From Eledone cirrhosa (Eukaryota), in the NCBI GenBank assembly GCA_964016885.1, contig OZ024740.1, positions 142,972,001 to 143,036,000 of the forward strand: 64,000 nt of DNA. The letters run 5' to 3'. Shown here one piece after another: positions 23,500 to 37,428 of this stretch. A program made the translations under genes and the position numbers. Numbering within the stretch: the stretch's first letter is position 1; each line of letters opens with the position of its first letter. The notes under the pieces were generated by a model. That model worked only from the letters and a program-made list of their open reading frames with translations. It did not search any database and was not told where the DNA came from.

Positions 23500-24155
23500 T
23501 GACCTGTGGTTAGCATCTCCCAAGTGGTTAGTCTGCCGGGTGTAAACAAACCTTGTATTTATAACGGTTGAATTTAGAAGGATGGATATATCATCTGACC
23601 TCTTTTCTGCCAGGTGTAAACAACATCTGACCTGTGGTTAGCATCTCCCAAGGGGTTGGTCTGCCGGGCGTAAACAACTAACCACGGCTTGTCCCAGAGG
23701 CTGGAAAGCTCAGATTCGGTTTCGAATCTTCGCCGCCGTTATAGGGTTATAAATAATATCTGGCCATTATAATTTGTATAGATAATAAAACATACCAAGA
23801 GAACTATCTTAAATAGACCAATGGTATGAATTTGAATTTTTTTTTCTTTTCATAGAACATTTCACTTTATTAGTCACAGTTGTATACAGTGGCGGACTTG
23901 GTCTAAAAATATTGGTTGCCAGATGAAGGGGGCCCTCCTATATATAGAATGCTATCATTTAATTTTTATAATGAATAAATAACATTTTCAAAAAATATGT
24001 GGAAACAAAACAGTTCAATCAAATTTTTGCGGAAAAATATCTTACCTTCTCCATTAAAAAATATTATGTATTTTGCCAAAACCAGAGACTTTCAATAATG
24101 ACCTTTGGGCTTTCACACTCACTCAATATATATATATTCCTAGGGATCTAATTGA

Positions 24156-24237
<82 letters not shown>

Positions 24238-24316
24238 ATAAATTAACAGAGCCATAGACTCTCGTTATTCCCTGTCAATAATGTGCTCAAAGGAAAAGGA
24301 ATCCTGAGCTCTTTAA

Positions 24317-24686
24317 AATACAATATGTTGAAAAGGTAACACACTAGAGAGAGAAAGTATGCCATCAATAAAACAGGGAAAACCACCAGTGTATGGAATA
24401 TATAATCTATGGAAGCAGGGTAGACACACAATAATTAAAAATATAAATTAAAATGTATAAACGCACCTCTATAACTATATAACACACGCGTACAAATCCT
24501 AAGAGATCTGTTTCGCCAGGAGGTTGTTGATTGAAATGGATTAGCGTATACATTTTAATTTATATTTTTAATTATTGTGTGTCTACCCTGCCTTCCATAG
24601 AGTATAAATTCCATACACTGGTGGTTTTCCCTGTTTTATTGATGGCACACTTTCTCTCTCTAGTGTGTTACATTTTCAACATATTG

Positions 24687-24690
<4 letters not shown>
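24317..24690. repeat. About 140-bp inverted repeat between (TA)n tracts, probable Penelope-type remnant
   Basis: About 24317-24459 is inverted at about 24547-24690. Confidence 0.65.
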
Positions 24691-24733
<43 letters not shown>

Positions 24734-24738
<5 letters not shown>

Positions 24739-25802
24739 TCATCATCATCATCATCACCGTTTTACGTCCGTTCTTCCACGCTAGCATGGGTTAGACGGGT
24801 TGTCCTGTTGTGGGCAGTGTCTGGTCGGCTGACCATGCCTTGCTCATACAGGAACTGATCTGGCTTGATTTCTACAGCTGGATGCCCTTCCTAACACCAA
24901 CCTCATTTACAGTGAGTGCTGGGTGCTTTTTCGTGGCGCCTACACGTCCACTTTACAGTGTGGGCTGGGTGCTTTTTTGCCGTGGCACCTCCACGACCAC
25001 CTTGCGGTGGGGGGGGGGGGGGGGCATATTGTTTATATGCTTCAGCATGTACCCATGGGAGGTCGGGTACCCTGTATTACTGCGTGACGCCAGAAGTCAC
25101 GGTCGTGTGTCATTGACTTTGAGAGGTGTAGTTGGGTAAGGTCGGCTTTTATCACCTCATCCCAAGTCATCTTGGGTCTCCCCACTCCGCGGTTTCCATC
25201 AACTTCTAGTGCTCTGCACCTTTTTATGCAGCTGTCATCCTTCATACGCATCACATGTCCATACCAGCGTAACCGCCTCTCCTGCACGCAGCATTTGATT
25301 CCTCTTATGCTCAGTCTCTCTCTCAATTCATTTATGCTTTGTCGTTCACGTATATTACTGTTACACATCCATCGGAGCATGCAGGCTTCGTTTCTCTCTA
25401 ATCTACGTAAGTCTTCCACCTTCAGCGCCCAGGTCTCACTACCATGCAACATCGCTGTTCGGATACACGCATCATACAGTCTGCCTTTCATTCTGAGGGA
25501 GAAGCCTTTTGCAGCTAGCAGTGGTAGTAGTTCCCTAAACTTCTTCCATCCCGTTCTTACCCTAGTTATTGTACTTTCTGAGCACCCACCTCCGTTGCTA
25601 ATTCGGTCACCTAGGTAGCAGAAGCTGTCTACTGTTTCTACAGGGCCCTCCCAGAGATTGGTGGTACTTGTTTCCTGTGGCTGTTTGCTTGCTGTTTCAG
25701 CACAGCTGCTGCATGTGAATCCTACATTCTTAATTAAGCTTCCTGAGATCCCGCTACATCTCTTGTGTACCCATTGTTTGCATTTGGGGCAAAGAATGGA
25801 GT
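24734..25802 (-). mobile_element. RTE-clade LINE 3' fragment
   Basis: MKGRLYDACIRTAMLHGSETW..RRLRWYGHV..GRPKMTW; PHD-like Cys motif; (TGA)n tail; related to the copy at 41126-44805. Confidence 0.9.
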
Positions 25803-25874
25803 TTAATATAGAAATGGCTTCTACAGGACTAGAACTTACTTACTGTGGTTACCCACGACTGAACCCGGGATAAA

Positions 25875-25913
<39 letters not shown>

Positions 25914-25920
<7 letters not shown>

Positions 25921-28900
25921 AAAATTGAACGGGAACAAAACAGAGAGGCAGTACAAATAAAGGTTTATTAATTTCACTCTCTTGAGAGTGGGGTGGTGGT
26001 GGGAACGACGTTTCGGGCATAAGCCCTTCTTCAGGTGAAAAGTGTGTGGTAAGAGAGTTCAAAGGGTGTGTAGGGGAGTGGTGGAGAGACATATAGCAAA
26101 AAGGGGGTGAGAGGAAACGGTCCAAATAAAATTAAAAATAAAGGCATGATCAAAATAAAATTAAAATGGGGTAAAACAGGTGGTGGAAGGTGTGGGGTGT
26201 GTAGGGGTGGTGTGGAGTGGAGTGGGGAGACGGGTGTCCGAGCGGGGAGGGCTGAAGGTGGTGTGTGTGTCTGTGTGCGTGTGTGTATGTGAAAGCAAGG
26301 GTTGGGGGAAGAACGGGGTTGCATGTTCAGGAATAGGTGTGTGTGGGGTGGGGTGTAGGTTGGAGTGTGTGTGCGTGTGTGGATAGAGGGGTGGGGGGAG
26401 AGGATTCCGGAGGCTGAATGTGTAAATATCTGGTGGTACACACGTGTGTCTGTGGTGTTTATGCGTGTTGTGGATGTAGGTGGCGTGTGGGAAAATAATT
26501 TTTTGGGTGTGTGTGTGTGGGGTGAGTCATAAAGGTAATTCCGTAAAAAGATGTGGTGGAAGGCTGAGTAAAATCCTGGGATGCGGTGGATTCTCGGGAT
26601 CAAGGTTCACATATGTGTAATCCGCGAAGAGATTGGTCGGAAGAGGGGAGATGTGGGGTGCGCGCGCAACAGGAAGTGGTCAGAGGGTCAAGGCAGGAGG
26701 AGTGTTGTGTGTCTGTGTGTGCGGGGAGGTGGTCAGAGGGCATAGCAGCAGTAGGGTAGAATGGTAAGTGAAGGTGTGTCAGTGTGTGCGGTGGACAGGG
26801 GAGATGATGGGTAGGTGTGAAAATTGGAGTGAGGAGGGGGGTGTATTAGTAGAGGTGTTAGTGGGATGAGTGAGTGTTTGAGAAAGGGTGTGGGTGGAGA
26901 GGGGAGAGAAGGGTGTGGGGACCGATGGAGGGAGTGTAGTGTACTGGTGTGTGTGGTGAACGGGGTGTTAGTGGGTGTTAGTATACAGGAGGTGGAGAAA
27001 GGGTTGAATGCGGGTGTGAGTGGGGGTCAGTGGTGGTAGGGTGTGTAGAGTGGGTGGTGTAAGAGGGTGTGTGTGTACGTGTGCGTAGGGTTGGGGTGTT
27101 AGTGATGTTAGTTGCGTGTAGGGTGGGTGGTGTAAGTGGGTGTGTGTGTTCGTGTGCTTGGGGTCAGGGGGTGTTAGTGATGTTAGTTGCGGGGTGGTGG
27201 GTGGATGTGTAGGGGTGATGGTTAGTGGTGGTAGTAGGGTGTGTGTTTAGTGTGAGCGCGTGTATATATGTACCGGTGGGTGTGTGCGTGTGATAAGGAG
27301 GGAGGAAGAAGAAGAAGGGAGGGATGTTAGTATGTTAGTTGGGGAAGGGTGGTCGGATGTGGGGTGGAGGTGTTAGTATTGTTAGTTGTGGGGTGGGCGG
27401 TGAAAAGGAGGGGTGTGTTAGTGGTGTTAGTGAGGAATATGTGTGGGGGGAGGGGGCAGGCGAAGGCTAAAGGAATAAGGGTGGGGAGTTCAGGCCGGGG
27501 GGAGTGTGGATCTGTAAGATGAAGATGGTTCGTTGTTCGACTCTTAGGAGATTGGCGGGTGTTCCGTGGCATTGGAGTAGGCCACAGACTGTGAGATGAT
27601 GTGCGGAATGTCCAGGGGCACCAAAGTGGTGGGCGATGGGGGAACTACCACCGAGACGAATATCCCGGAGGTGCTCAGTAAATCTGTCCGCCAGGTGACG
27701 TCCAGTCTGTCCGACGTAAGTCGCGCTGCACTCCGTGCAGCGAAGTCCGTAGACTAGGTTGGAGGAGGTGCAGCGGAAGGCATGCCGGACAGAGAGAGAG
27801 TGGCCGTTGGGACCCTGGAAGGTGGTGGTGTTGGTAATGTGGGGACAGGTGTTGCAGCGGGGCCTAGAACAGGGAAAGGAACCGGGGGGGGAGCTGTGGA
27901 CGAGGAGGGGGGGAGATTGCGTGTGCGTTTGAAGGAGGGGAGTGGTGGGGCTGGGAAGATGTGGGAGGTGGAGGGGTCGGACTGGAGGCGTCGGAAGAGG
28001 CGGAGGATGGTGCGGTGGAGGGGTATGGTGGAAGTGTGGTAGGTGATGGGCAAGGGGAGACGGTGGGTGGGTGTGCGGTGGCGTGGAGTGAGGGTGGTGG
28101 AGCGGTGGACAGCACGGGCGCGGGTGAGAGCGGTGTGGACGAGAGGGGGGGGGGGGTAACCTCTGCGGATGAAATGGCTGACTAGGGAAAGGGCCTGGGA
28201 CTCAAAGTCGGCATCTCGGCTACAGAGGCGGCGGATCCTGAGGAGTTAGGAGTAGGGAATAGAGTGTTTTGTGTATGTGGGGTGGGAAGAGGTGAAGTCG
28301 AGGTAAGAGTGGGAGTCGGTGGGTTTGAAGAAGGCGGAGGTGACGAGGGAGTGGTGGGAGGGGTCGAAGGCGACGGAGATGTCTAAGTGGACGTGGGTGG
28401 TGGAGATAGAGGTGGTGAAGTGGAGGGAGGGGTGGAAGGAGCAGAAGAAGGAGAGAAAGGAGTCGAGCTGTTCTCGGGTGAGGGTCGTGGATCCGATACA
28501 GTCGTCGATGTAACGACCGTACAGTTCTGGCGTGGGGCCGGTGTACTGGGCAAAGATTTGGGCCTCAACATGGCCAACAAAAAGGTTGGCATAGTTTGGG
28601 CCCATTCTTGTACCCATGGCTAACCCCGTGACCTGTTGGTAAAACTCACCTGAGAAGGAGAAACAGTTGAGGGTGAGGACACCAGCTCGGCGAGGCGAAG
28701 GAGGGTGGGGGTGGAGGAAATGGGGGAGGGGAGAAGGTCGAGGTAGTGTTTGAGGGTGCGTAGGCCGTCGGCGTGGGGGATGACGGTATAGAGGGACTTG
28801 ATGTCTAGGGTGAAGAGGAAGGGCTGTGGGCCGGGTGGGTAGGTGAAGGAGTCGAAAAGGCGCAGGGCGTGGTTGGTGTCGGAGATGTGGGAGGGGAGGG

Positions 28901-30687
28901 TGGTGACAAGGGGGGCGAGGATGGAGTCGCGAAAGGCGGAGATGAGTTCGGTGGGGCAGTTGCAAGCGGAGACGATGGGGCGGCCGGGGTTGTCGGGTTT
29001 GTGGAGTTTGGGGAGGAAGTAGATGGTGGGGGCGCGGGGGGTGGGGGCGCGGGGGTGGTGCGGACGATGAGGTGGGAAGCGGTGGAGGGGGAGGGAGGAG
29101 GAGGAGACAAGGTGTTGGATGGTGGAGGAAACTTGTTGTTGGTAGAGGGGTGTGGGATCGGAGGGTAGAGGGCGGTAGAAGAGGGGGTTACGGAGCTGCC
29201 TGAGGGCTTCGGCCGTGTAGAGGTCCGCACGCCACACCACCACGGCTCCTCCCATGTCCGCCGGTTTGATGACGATGTCATCTCGGCTACGGCGGGAGCG
29301 GAGAGCGAGGAGTTCGCCCGTGAGATGTTATTCCGTTTGGAACGGTGGCGGAAGTCGAAACGATTTACGGCGCTACGGCTGGCATCGACGAACGAGTCCA
29401 GGGTGCTAAATTGCCCTGGAGCCGGCGTCCAAGAAGATGGTCGTCGGCCCATGGCGAGAAACGGGTCTGGGGCGTTCGGAGCCGGTGGCGTTCGGCCGAA
29501 ATGTGCCTGTAGCTTCGTGCGTCGCACGAATCGCTCGACTTCCGTTCGGGTGCGGAACTCGTCGCTGTGCGGAGTGTGGGGTATGAAGCGAAAGCCTCTA
29601 CTAAGGAGTGAGCGCTCAGGTGCGGAGAGGGGGAGGTCAGGGGGTATGGTGACAACAAGTGGTGGGGTTTGGGTGTGTGAGGGGGAAGGGAGCGTGTGGT
29701 GAGGGGTGAGGTGGAGGGTGGAGATTGGGTAGGGGTGTGGGTCGAGGGAGGGGTGGAGAGCGGTGGGCTCATGGGAATGGGCGGGTGGTGGTGAATGGGG
29801 GTGGTTGGGAGGAGTGAGTGTATCTTGCGGGCTTTGGTGGAGGTGAGGAAGGAGAAGAGGTCGTGGTTGAGGTTTTGGATAAAGAGGAGGATGGCTTGGG
29901 CGAGGAGGGGGTGGCAGGTGGAGTTAAGGCGGAGGAGGGTGGGGGTCAGTTGGTGGTCAAGTTTGTGGAGGGTGGAACGGGAGGCGCGGATGGAGTTGCG
30001 CATTAGGAGGCGTGAGGATCGGGTGAGGATACGTTGCGTGGAGAGGGAAGTGTGGAAGTGTAGACGGAAGCCGAGGGGGATAAGGTGGAGGCGGAGGCAG
30101 TGGCTGAGGAAATGGATGTGGCTGGAGTGCCGAGTTTTGGCGAAGAGAAGGTAGGAGAGTTGAAGAGCAGAGGGGAGATAGCAGGGTGGGAGGAAGGGGG
30201 GAAGTTTGAGGCTAGTGTGTAGTTGGTGGAGAAAGGATCTCAGGCTGGGCATGGTGGGCGTTGGGTGAAAGCAGGGGGAGGGATGAGAAAGCTGGTGTGT
30301 GAAGCGGGGTGGGGTTGAACGAAGGAGTGAGTGCGAAGGATAGGCAGAGACGGGGAAGGGAAAATGAAACAGAAAAACGTAAGGAGGGGAGAGTATACAC
30401 AGGAAAAATAAAGACAAAAAATCATAAAGGTAAAAACACAGGCAATCGTGGACAAAAAATCATAGAAAGAAATAAAATCGTAAAAGCACAGGCAAAAAAT
30501 CATATACAGAAATAAACAAGTACAGTAAAAAAATCAAACAAAGTTAATGCGTGGAAGGAAAAAACAAGTGTGGGAAGGTGTGTGGAAAGTTCAGAGAGTG
30601 GTCACGGCGGATTAGATCGGGGTTAAGTCGGTAGTCAGATTATATTCCAAAGGTATGGAAGCCGTGTGAGCGTGTATTGTATAGTGA

Positions 30688-30690
<3 letters not shown>
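25914..30690 (-). mobile_element. Penelope-like element, Neptune-like (RT plus GIY-YIG), frameshifted
   Basis: RT LPKLHKP..GRPIVS, LDIKSLYT, QQVTGLAMGT, RYIDD; GIY-YIG LVYGLRCTEC..YVGQTGR..RFTEH at about 27610-27760; both ends atagtgaaaaa abut (TA)n. Confidence 0.88.
26003..26040 (-). ncRNA. Degenerate hammerhead motif in the Neptune 3' pLTR
   Basis: CTGAAGA-a-gggc-ttat-gccc-GAAA-cgtcgtt; stem I does not pair. Confidence 0.45.
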
Positions 30691-30717
<27 letters not shown>

Positions 30718-30719
<2 letters not shown>

Positions 30720-30812
30720 ATGTTTAACCCCGACGGCAGAGCTCAAGCCGTTTCGACGGTCCAGAAATAGCCGTCGAAACGGCTTGAGCTCTGCCGTCGG
30801 GGTTAAACATTT
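30718..30812. repeat. Perfect 42-bp palindrome with an 11-nt loop, built from a hammerhead 3' half
   Basis: Arms 30718-30759 and 30771-30812; right side reads stem II gacgg/ccgtc, GAAA, stem III cggc/gccg, TC. Confidence 0.9.
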
Positions 30813-30875
30813 TCCTATTACCCACTCTACTACCCTAAGTGTTGAGTACTCTGGTTCCTTACTACACTTCCTTTG

Positions 30876-30919
<44 letters not shown>

Positions 30920-30960
30920 ATATTAAATAAATGGAAACTATATTTATAAAACCATATTTA

Positions 30961-31021
30961 TTTTATTATATATATTTCAAGGGTAACCAAGACAACATTG
31001 GTACGCTTTCATCAGATAAAA
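30961..31021 (-). ncRNA. Minimal type I hammerhead ribozyme
   Basis: ttttat-CTGATGA-aagcgtaccaa..ttggttaccctt-GAAA-tatata-TA-ataaaa. Confidence 0.8.
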
Positions 31022-32860
31022 AACAAAGTTTGTTTTATAAATAGAGACATACCCATGAAAATAATACCTTATCGGTTGGAAATTCACTGGATAGTGAAAG
31101 TATATTAGGGATTTTTCAAACTTATGTGTGAATATGCAAATGAATATGTAAATGATTGAAAAACAGCCGTTTATTTAATGACACTGGAGAAAGAGAGAGA
31201 GAGAAGAAAAAATATAAGGGGATAAAGATAGAAAATATTACGAGTGAGATTGAGAGACGAAATAGACAAGAGAAGATGAATATAACGTTAATTTGGGGGA
31301 AAATATATTCCAAGTATAAATCTAATATTATGTGTATTTACGATTATTCGTTGTTTAACATTCGTTTCTAATATAATATTTTCTGTTATAAGTAGATAGA
31401 TAAATAAATAAATACATAAATAAATAAATAAATAAGTAAATAGATAAGTAGATAAGTAAATGAATAGATAGGTATATCATGTTATAGATAATTGTTTTAA
31501 TGAGTTATGGGGGACATTGGTTTTGTATTTAATGTAAGTAAATATTAAGTTAAATTAAATTAAATTAACTGAGTTAATAAGAATATTTATATTTATATAT
31601 TTTAAAATGGGAAGATACGGAAAAACTCCAGTTTTGTTTATTTATTCGTTAGTATGAGACTATTTTGTCAAAATAAGTATAAATATTGAAAGATATATTT
31701 AGCCAGAATTGGTTAGTGGTTATAAATCTAATAAAAGATATTGAAAAAATATTAAAAATTTGAGAAACATTTTTTTTTAATAATTTAATCAGTAATTTTT
31801 TTTTTAAATAATTAAAAAAATAAATAAATAACTTTAAAAAAAAAGGGATTATAAAAAAAAAAAAATAAAGAATTAAAAATTATTAAGATTAAAATTACAA
31901 TTAAAATTTAAAAATAAATTTAGAGTTATATATGTATATATTTTATGAAACTTTAAGAAGTGAAATTATAGCAAATGTTATAGATACGATTTAGAGAAAT
32001 CAATATATTAAAACCAAGTGGATAAGATTGTTATGGAAATAAGTAGAAATATTATAAGTGTAATTATAATTTATATATAGTTCTAAATGTTGAATTCAGG
32101 CGATGTCTACAAGAACTAAATAAATTCGTTCTTAGATTAATAGAGTTCTTACATGAAAATAATTTCCTCAACACACAATTTGCAAAATCTAGATAAAGCT
32201 GTGTTTCGATACGCGGGTGCTTTTGAAATTATTTCCCAAGTTAATGAAAACTGGAGTGTTTCCGTATCTTCCCATTTTAAAATATATAAATATAAATATT
32301 CTTATTAACTCAGTTAATTTAATTTAATTTAACTTAATATTTACTTACATTAAATACAAAACCAATGTCCCCCATAACTCATTAAAACAATTATCTATAA
32401 CACGATATACCTATCTATTCATTTACTTATCTACTTATCTATTTACTTATTTATTTATTTATTTATGTATTTATTTATTTATCTATCTACTTATAACAGA
32501 AAATATTATATTAGAAACGAATGTTAAACAACGAATAATCGTAAATACACATAATATTAGATTTATACTTGGAATATATTTCCCCCAAAATTAACGTTAT
32601 ATTCATCTTCTCTTGTCTATTTCGTCTCTCAATCTCTCTCGTAATATTTTCTATCTTTATCCCCTTGTAATTTTTCTTCTCTCTCTCTCTTTCTCCAGTG
32701 TCATTAAATAAACGGCTGTTTTTCAATCATTTACATATTCATTTGCATATTCACACATAAGTTTGAATAATCCCTAATATATTTCCACTATCCAGTGAAT
32801 TTCCAACCGATAAGGTATTATTTTCATGGGTATGTCTCTATTTATAAAACAAACTTTGTT

Positions 32861-32921
32861 TTTTATCTGATGAAAGCGTACCAATGTTGTCTTGGTTACC
32901 CTTGAAATATATATAATAAAA
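32861..32921 (+). ncRNA. Minimal type I hammerhead ribozyme (inverted copy)
   Basis: Same motif: stem I ttttat/ataaaa, extended stem II, palindromic stem III. Confidence 0.8.
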
Positions 32922-33086
32922 TAAATATGGTTTTATAAATATAGTTTCCATTTATTTAATATCATTGAATATTTACTCCAGTAATTTGTTGAGTGCTCTA
33001 AATCAGTTATAAACATTTATGTTTCTCGGACTTCCAACAAACTAAATACCCCTTCTACTTATATATATATATATATATATATATAT

Positions 33087-33500
<414 letters not shown>

Positions 33501-35024
33501 ATTAAATAAATGGAAAACTATATTTATAAAACCATATTTATTTCAGTATATATATTTCGGGGATATCATATTAACAATATGCTATGCCTTCATCAGACAA
33601 AATACAATATAAACAGTTTTATAGATAAAGAGATTCGACATACCGTTATAACACCGACTTCATTTGAAGAGGTTTAAGCTGGCAGTGAAAAAATTTTACA
33701 CAGAGAGAAAGAAAGAGAGAAAACAGAAAGAAAGACAGAAAACGAAGAAAAGGAAGAAAAAGAAGAGAAAGAGGAAATGCATGGAACAAAATAGAGAGAT
33801 GGAAAGATAGATAAAGCGAAGAACTTCATGTAAAGAAACAGAAAGAGATATATATAGAGAGAGAGAGAGGAAATAGAGATAGATACATATATATATAGAA
33901 AATTAGGTAGTGGGAGGTCATTTTGAGTAAATGTATCAATGATACGTTTATTTATTTATTTATTTATTTAGCTCAAGTATTAATGCAAGGGAGATATATA
34001 TAGAGAGAAAAAATATAGAGAGAGGAAAAAAATAGCGAGAGAAAAAATTTAAAAATAGCCAGATATATTCGAGGCGTAAAAACCCTATGTTTTAATGTAT
34101 TAGTATTTATAAAACTTACACTATATTGTAAATATCAGTATTCCTGAATGAGACAAGTATCCATAATGTGTGAAAATTAATTATCTTATGTTTAGTTTTA
34201 AAAAATTTATATGTTTATGTGACAGCTACAAACATCCATGCGAATCCAACTGATTCACTCTGCAAACTCTAAGTTCACGGAAAACATTCTCAATGTGGTA
34301 TAAAAATTTGAGCATACAAATATGTGTATTATTATTCCTGTCATTACTCTACAAGATTATCTATCAAGCAGAAATAGAGAGCAGATTTCAATATACTAAT
34401 AAAAATATATATCATAAACAAAACTAAAAATAAAAAGATAACAATAATAATAATAAGTAAAAATATAGAATAGAAAACTAAAAAAATATTACGAAAGAAT
34501 ATTACATAATAAAAATATTATATATTAAACATACTACGTATTAAAAAATACTACGTATTAAAAATTTACATATTAAAGATATTAAAAGTAAAATAAAAAT
34601 AAAAAATATTATAGAATACTACAATAATAAAAATAAAAATAAAAATAAAAATAAAAATAAAAATAAACCACAAAGATCAACCCTTCAAAGTTAATTGACA
34701 ATATATTGCCAAGTTCATTACAAGACAAAGCCATAAATTATCTATCAAATCACATCTAGCAAAGATCATTTCAAAAAGATTATGATGTCCAATTAGGTCT
34801 ACATATGTTCTTATATTTAATATAGAAGTTTATCTAGTGTAAGGTTTATTCAAAAAATTTGGAGCATCAGCTTTTAGGGTAGCTTAATTTTTCATGAGGA
34901 ATGTTTAGATAAAAATAAAATAAAAATAAACAATAAAAAAAGAGTAAAAAGAAGGAATCAAAGATTTAGGAGTCAAAAATTTATCGGCTAGTTTCCCATA
35001 TAAATATAAATCAAACTAAATATA

Positions 35025-37248
35025 CTACATTTTAAATTTAAATTTATATTTAAACGTTGAGTTTAATCTATGTTTGCAACAACTGAATAAATTTGTCCGT
35101 AGGTTAAGGGAATTTTTAGATTTTAGTATAAAGAATATCTCCTCTGCGCAGAGGTCACATGTCTCAGAGGATGAATTAAAAGGAATCCCTCTTGAGACTA
35201 TATTCCAAGCCGTCGAATATCTAACGTTATCTAGCTTAAGTTGCCAGAGTACGCCTGATAGTGCCGTTGAAGATTTTTTACTTGGATCTGTGAAAGAATT
35301 CTTGTGGTTATTATAGCGAAGTTTAAATTCCGTCGATGTGGAACCGACGTAGTTAAAAGAATTAGAGTCAGTATTAACATTACAATTGTATACTATATTT
35401 TTAACTAAGCAGTTGTTATTTAACGGACATTTAGATCTATCTCTACAGTTACATTTGTTAACTTGTATATTATTTATGCTATTATCAGTAGGTTTTAAGT
35501 TCCTATTATTTATTCTATTAATATTTTGTGCTAAATTTTTGGTGGATGAGTAGGTTAATTTAATTGTATGCCTATTGAAAATTGAGTGATACCTATGTGT
35601 TCTAGGGAAGCGATTATCAAGAGCTTTGAAAAATAATTTAGCGATGTGGGTTTTAATGTTTAGTGAGAAAGGGGGGGGGGGGGGGGGCAAACCAAATTAT
35701 GTTCCTAGTTCTATTTCTTTTTTGTCCTTTGGAATTATTGTAATGCTTTCTATTATAGTTGTTAATGTTGTTGCCGTAATTAAAAAAGTTGTTACTTTGT
35801 TTAGTTTGTCTATCATTATCTATGTACACAATCTTATCAGCATATCCTGCCCTAGCTAGTGCTTCATTATAGTATTGGGCCTTTTCGTCGAAAATCTTTC
35901 TATTCGACGAGATCCTAGAGATACGTTTTTGAACTGAGTTTACTATAGTATTTTTGACAGATCTGGGGTGGTTAGAGTTAAAGTTGACATAGTTTAAGTT
36001 TTCATTCAACTTGTGAAAAGGATAGTGGAGACATGTGTTGAGATTTAATGTTATATCTAGGAAATTGACTATTCTATGGTTGTTCTCAATTTCTATTTTA
36101 AGGTTAAAGTAATTAAAAAAATTTGTAATTTGTTTACATTTTCTATTTAGTTCAGGGTTATTATTATTAATAAGTAAAAGCATGTCATCCCTATATAAAC
36201 CTCCGGTAGTACCAGGTATTTTCCTATGTAGCGAATTGATTAAAAATAAGCCCACAAGGTCAGTTACCTGAGCTGAGTCGGAAGATCCCATAGTTATGTC
36301 AAAATTGCTATCTCTATCTGCTCTGGTCCATAATTTGTCATTAAATTCTATCAAAGTTTTCCTAGCCGATAATATAATATGCATTTCTTTGCTAGTTAGG
36401 TCAGTATGTTTGAATGCGTAATTTAGTGCCTTATTTAGTAGACTAGGGGTAATAGAAGAATAATAGTTAGCTATATCAAGTTGAATAAACCTATTATTAT
36501 TGTTATATTTAATTTGCCTAAACCACTCAACAACCTCTCCAGTTCCCCTCCACAAGCTCAGGTTAGATACACAATCCAAGTTCTTAATTTGCTGTATCAC
36601 CCTGTCAAGAATGTTTTTGCTTAATTTGCCCAGGTCCGATTTTGAAGGTGCGATCAATCTAACTGGGAGGTCATTTTCAAAATTCCTCTTGTGGTCCTTC
36701 ATATTGATCTTCGGTTTCCTGGGCACGAAAGGTTGTGTTCTGTTCTCAATTTCCAACTCGTGCATTATACAAGATGCTTCGACATTCATTTTCTCAAGTT
36801 CGGCCTTATCTGCTACCTTGTACTTTTTCCTCAGCTCTTTCAGTATGAGGCCATTATACATGTCTTTCCGCACTCCATAGAGGTTGTTGGTCTTGTCAGA
36901 TTTCACCAAGATCTTCTCAGTTTTCTCTAAGCTCTCAATGTTATCCTTAATGCCTTTCAGATATTCCTGGCCTTTAAAGTTTCTCTTGAATTTGACCCCT
37001 TGTATGATAGAAATTATATCGTTTTCAAAGTCAGATAAAAGTTTGTTAGGGGGTGGATTTCTTTTAGATTTGAAAACTTTGTTTAAGTCCGAGACATTTT
37101 CGTCTGCATTAGATTTATCAAAGTGGAATGCACGCCACCTGATTCTCCTTATAAAAGAGTCAGATTTATCTATTAATTGTTTTATAAAGTCTTTGTTTCT
37201 AGGTAGAGGTATGTCTTTTAGAGAGGAAGTAATCTTAAAGAATTCCAT
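35025..37248 (-). CDS. Penelope (Naiad-like) RT plus GIY-YIG endonuclease; single frameshift in a G homopolymer at about 35671-35687
   Basis: KDIPLP..FIRRIRWRA, KSDKT, LDIANYYSSI, TMGS, LYRDD, NFLDITL; CNCR..CPL..C, IVY..YVG, R..NH, CDLC..E, LN. Confidence 0.85.
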
Positions 37249-37428
37249 TTTTCCAGTTATAATATAAAGCGCTCAACAGTATTGGAGCAAGATACGTGGA
37301 AAGTTATATTTAAAATTGTTGGGTTACAACTAGTAAATATTTATAACTGATATAAAAGCACTCGACAAATATTTGGAGTATATTTACAATATTAAATAAA
37401 TGGAAAACTATATTTATAAAACCATATT

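Larger units (their letters stand above)
30918..32964. mobile_element. Non-autonomous Naiad-like Penelope derivative with about 700-bp inverted pLTRs
   Basis: About 30918-31630 is inverted at about 32250-32964; the terminus aaataaatggaaactatatttataaaaccat is shared with the element at 33497. Confidence 0.8.

Noticed and set aside
35025-37248. Selenoprotein (in-frame UGA) Naiad
   Set aside because: The conserved Cys positions are ordinary Cys codons and both ORF parts lack in-frame stops.
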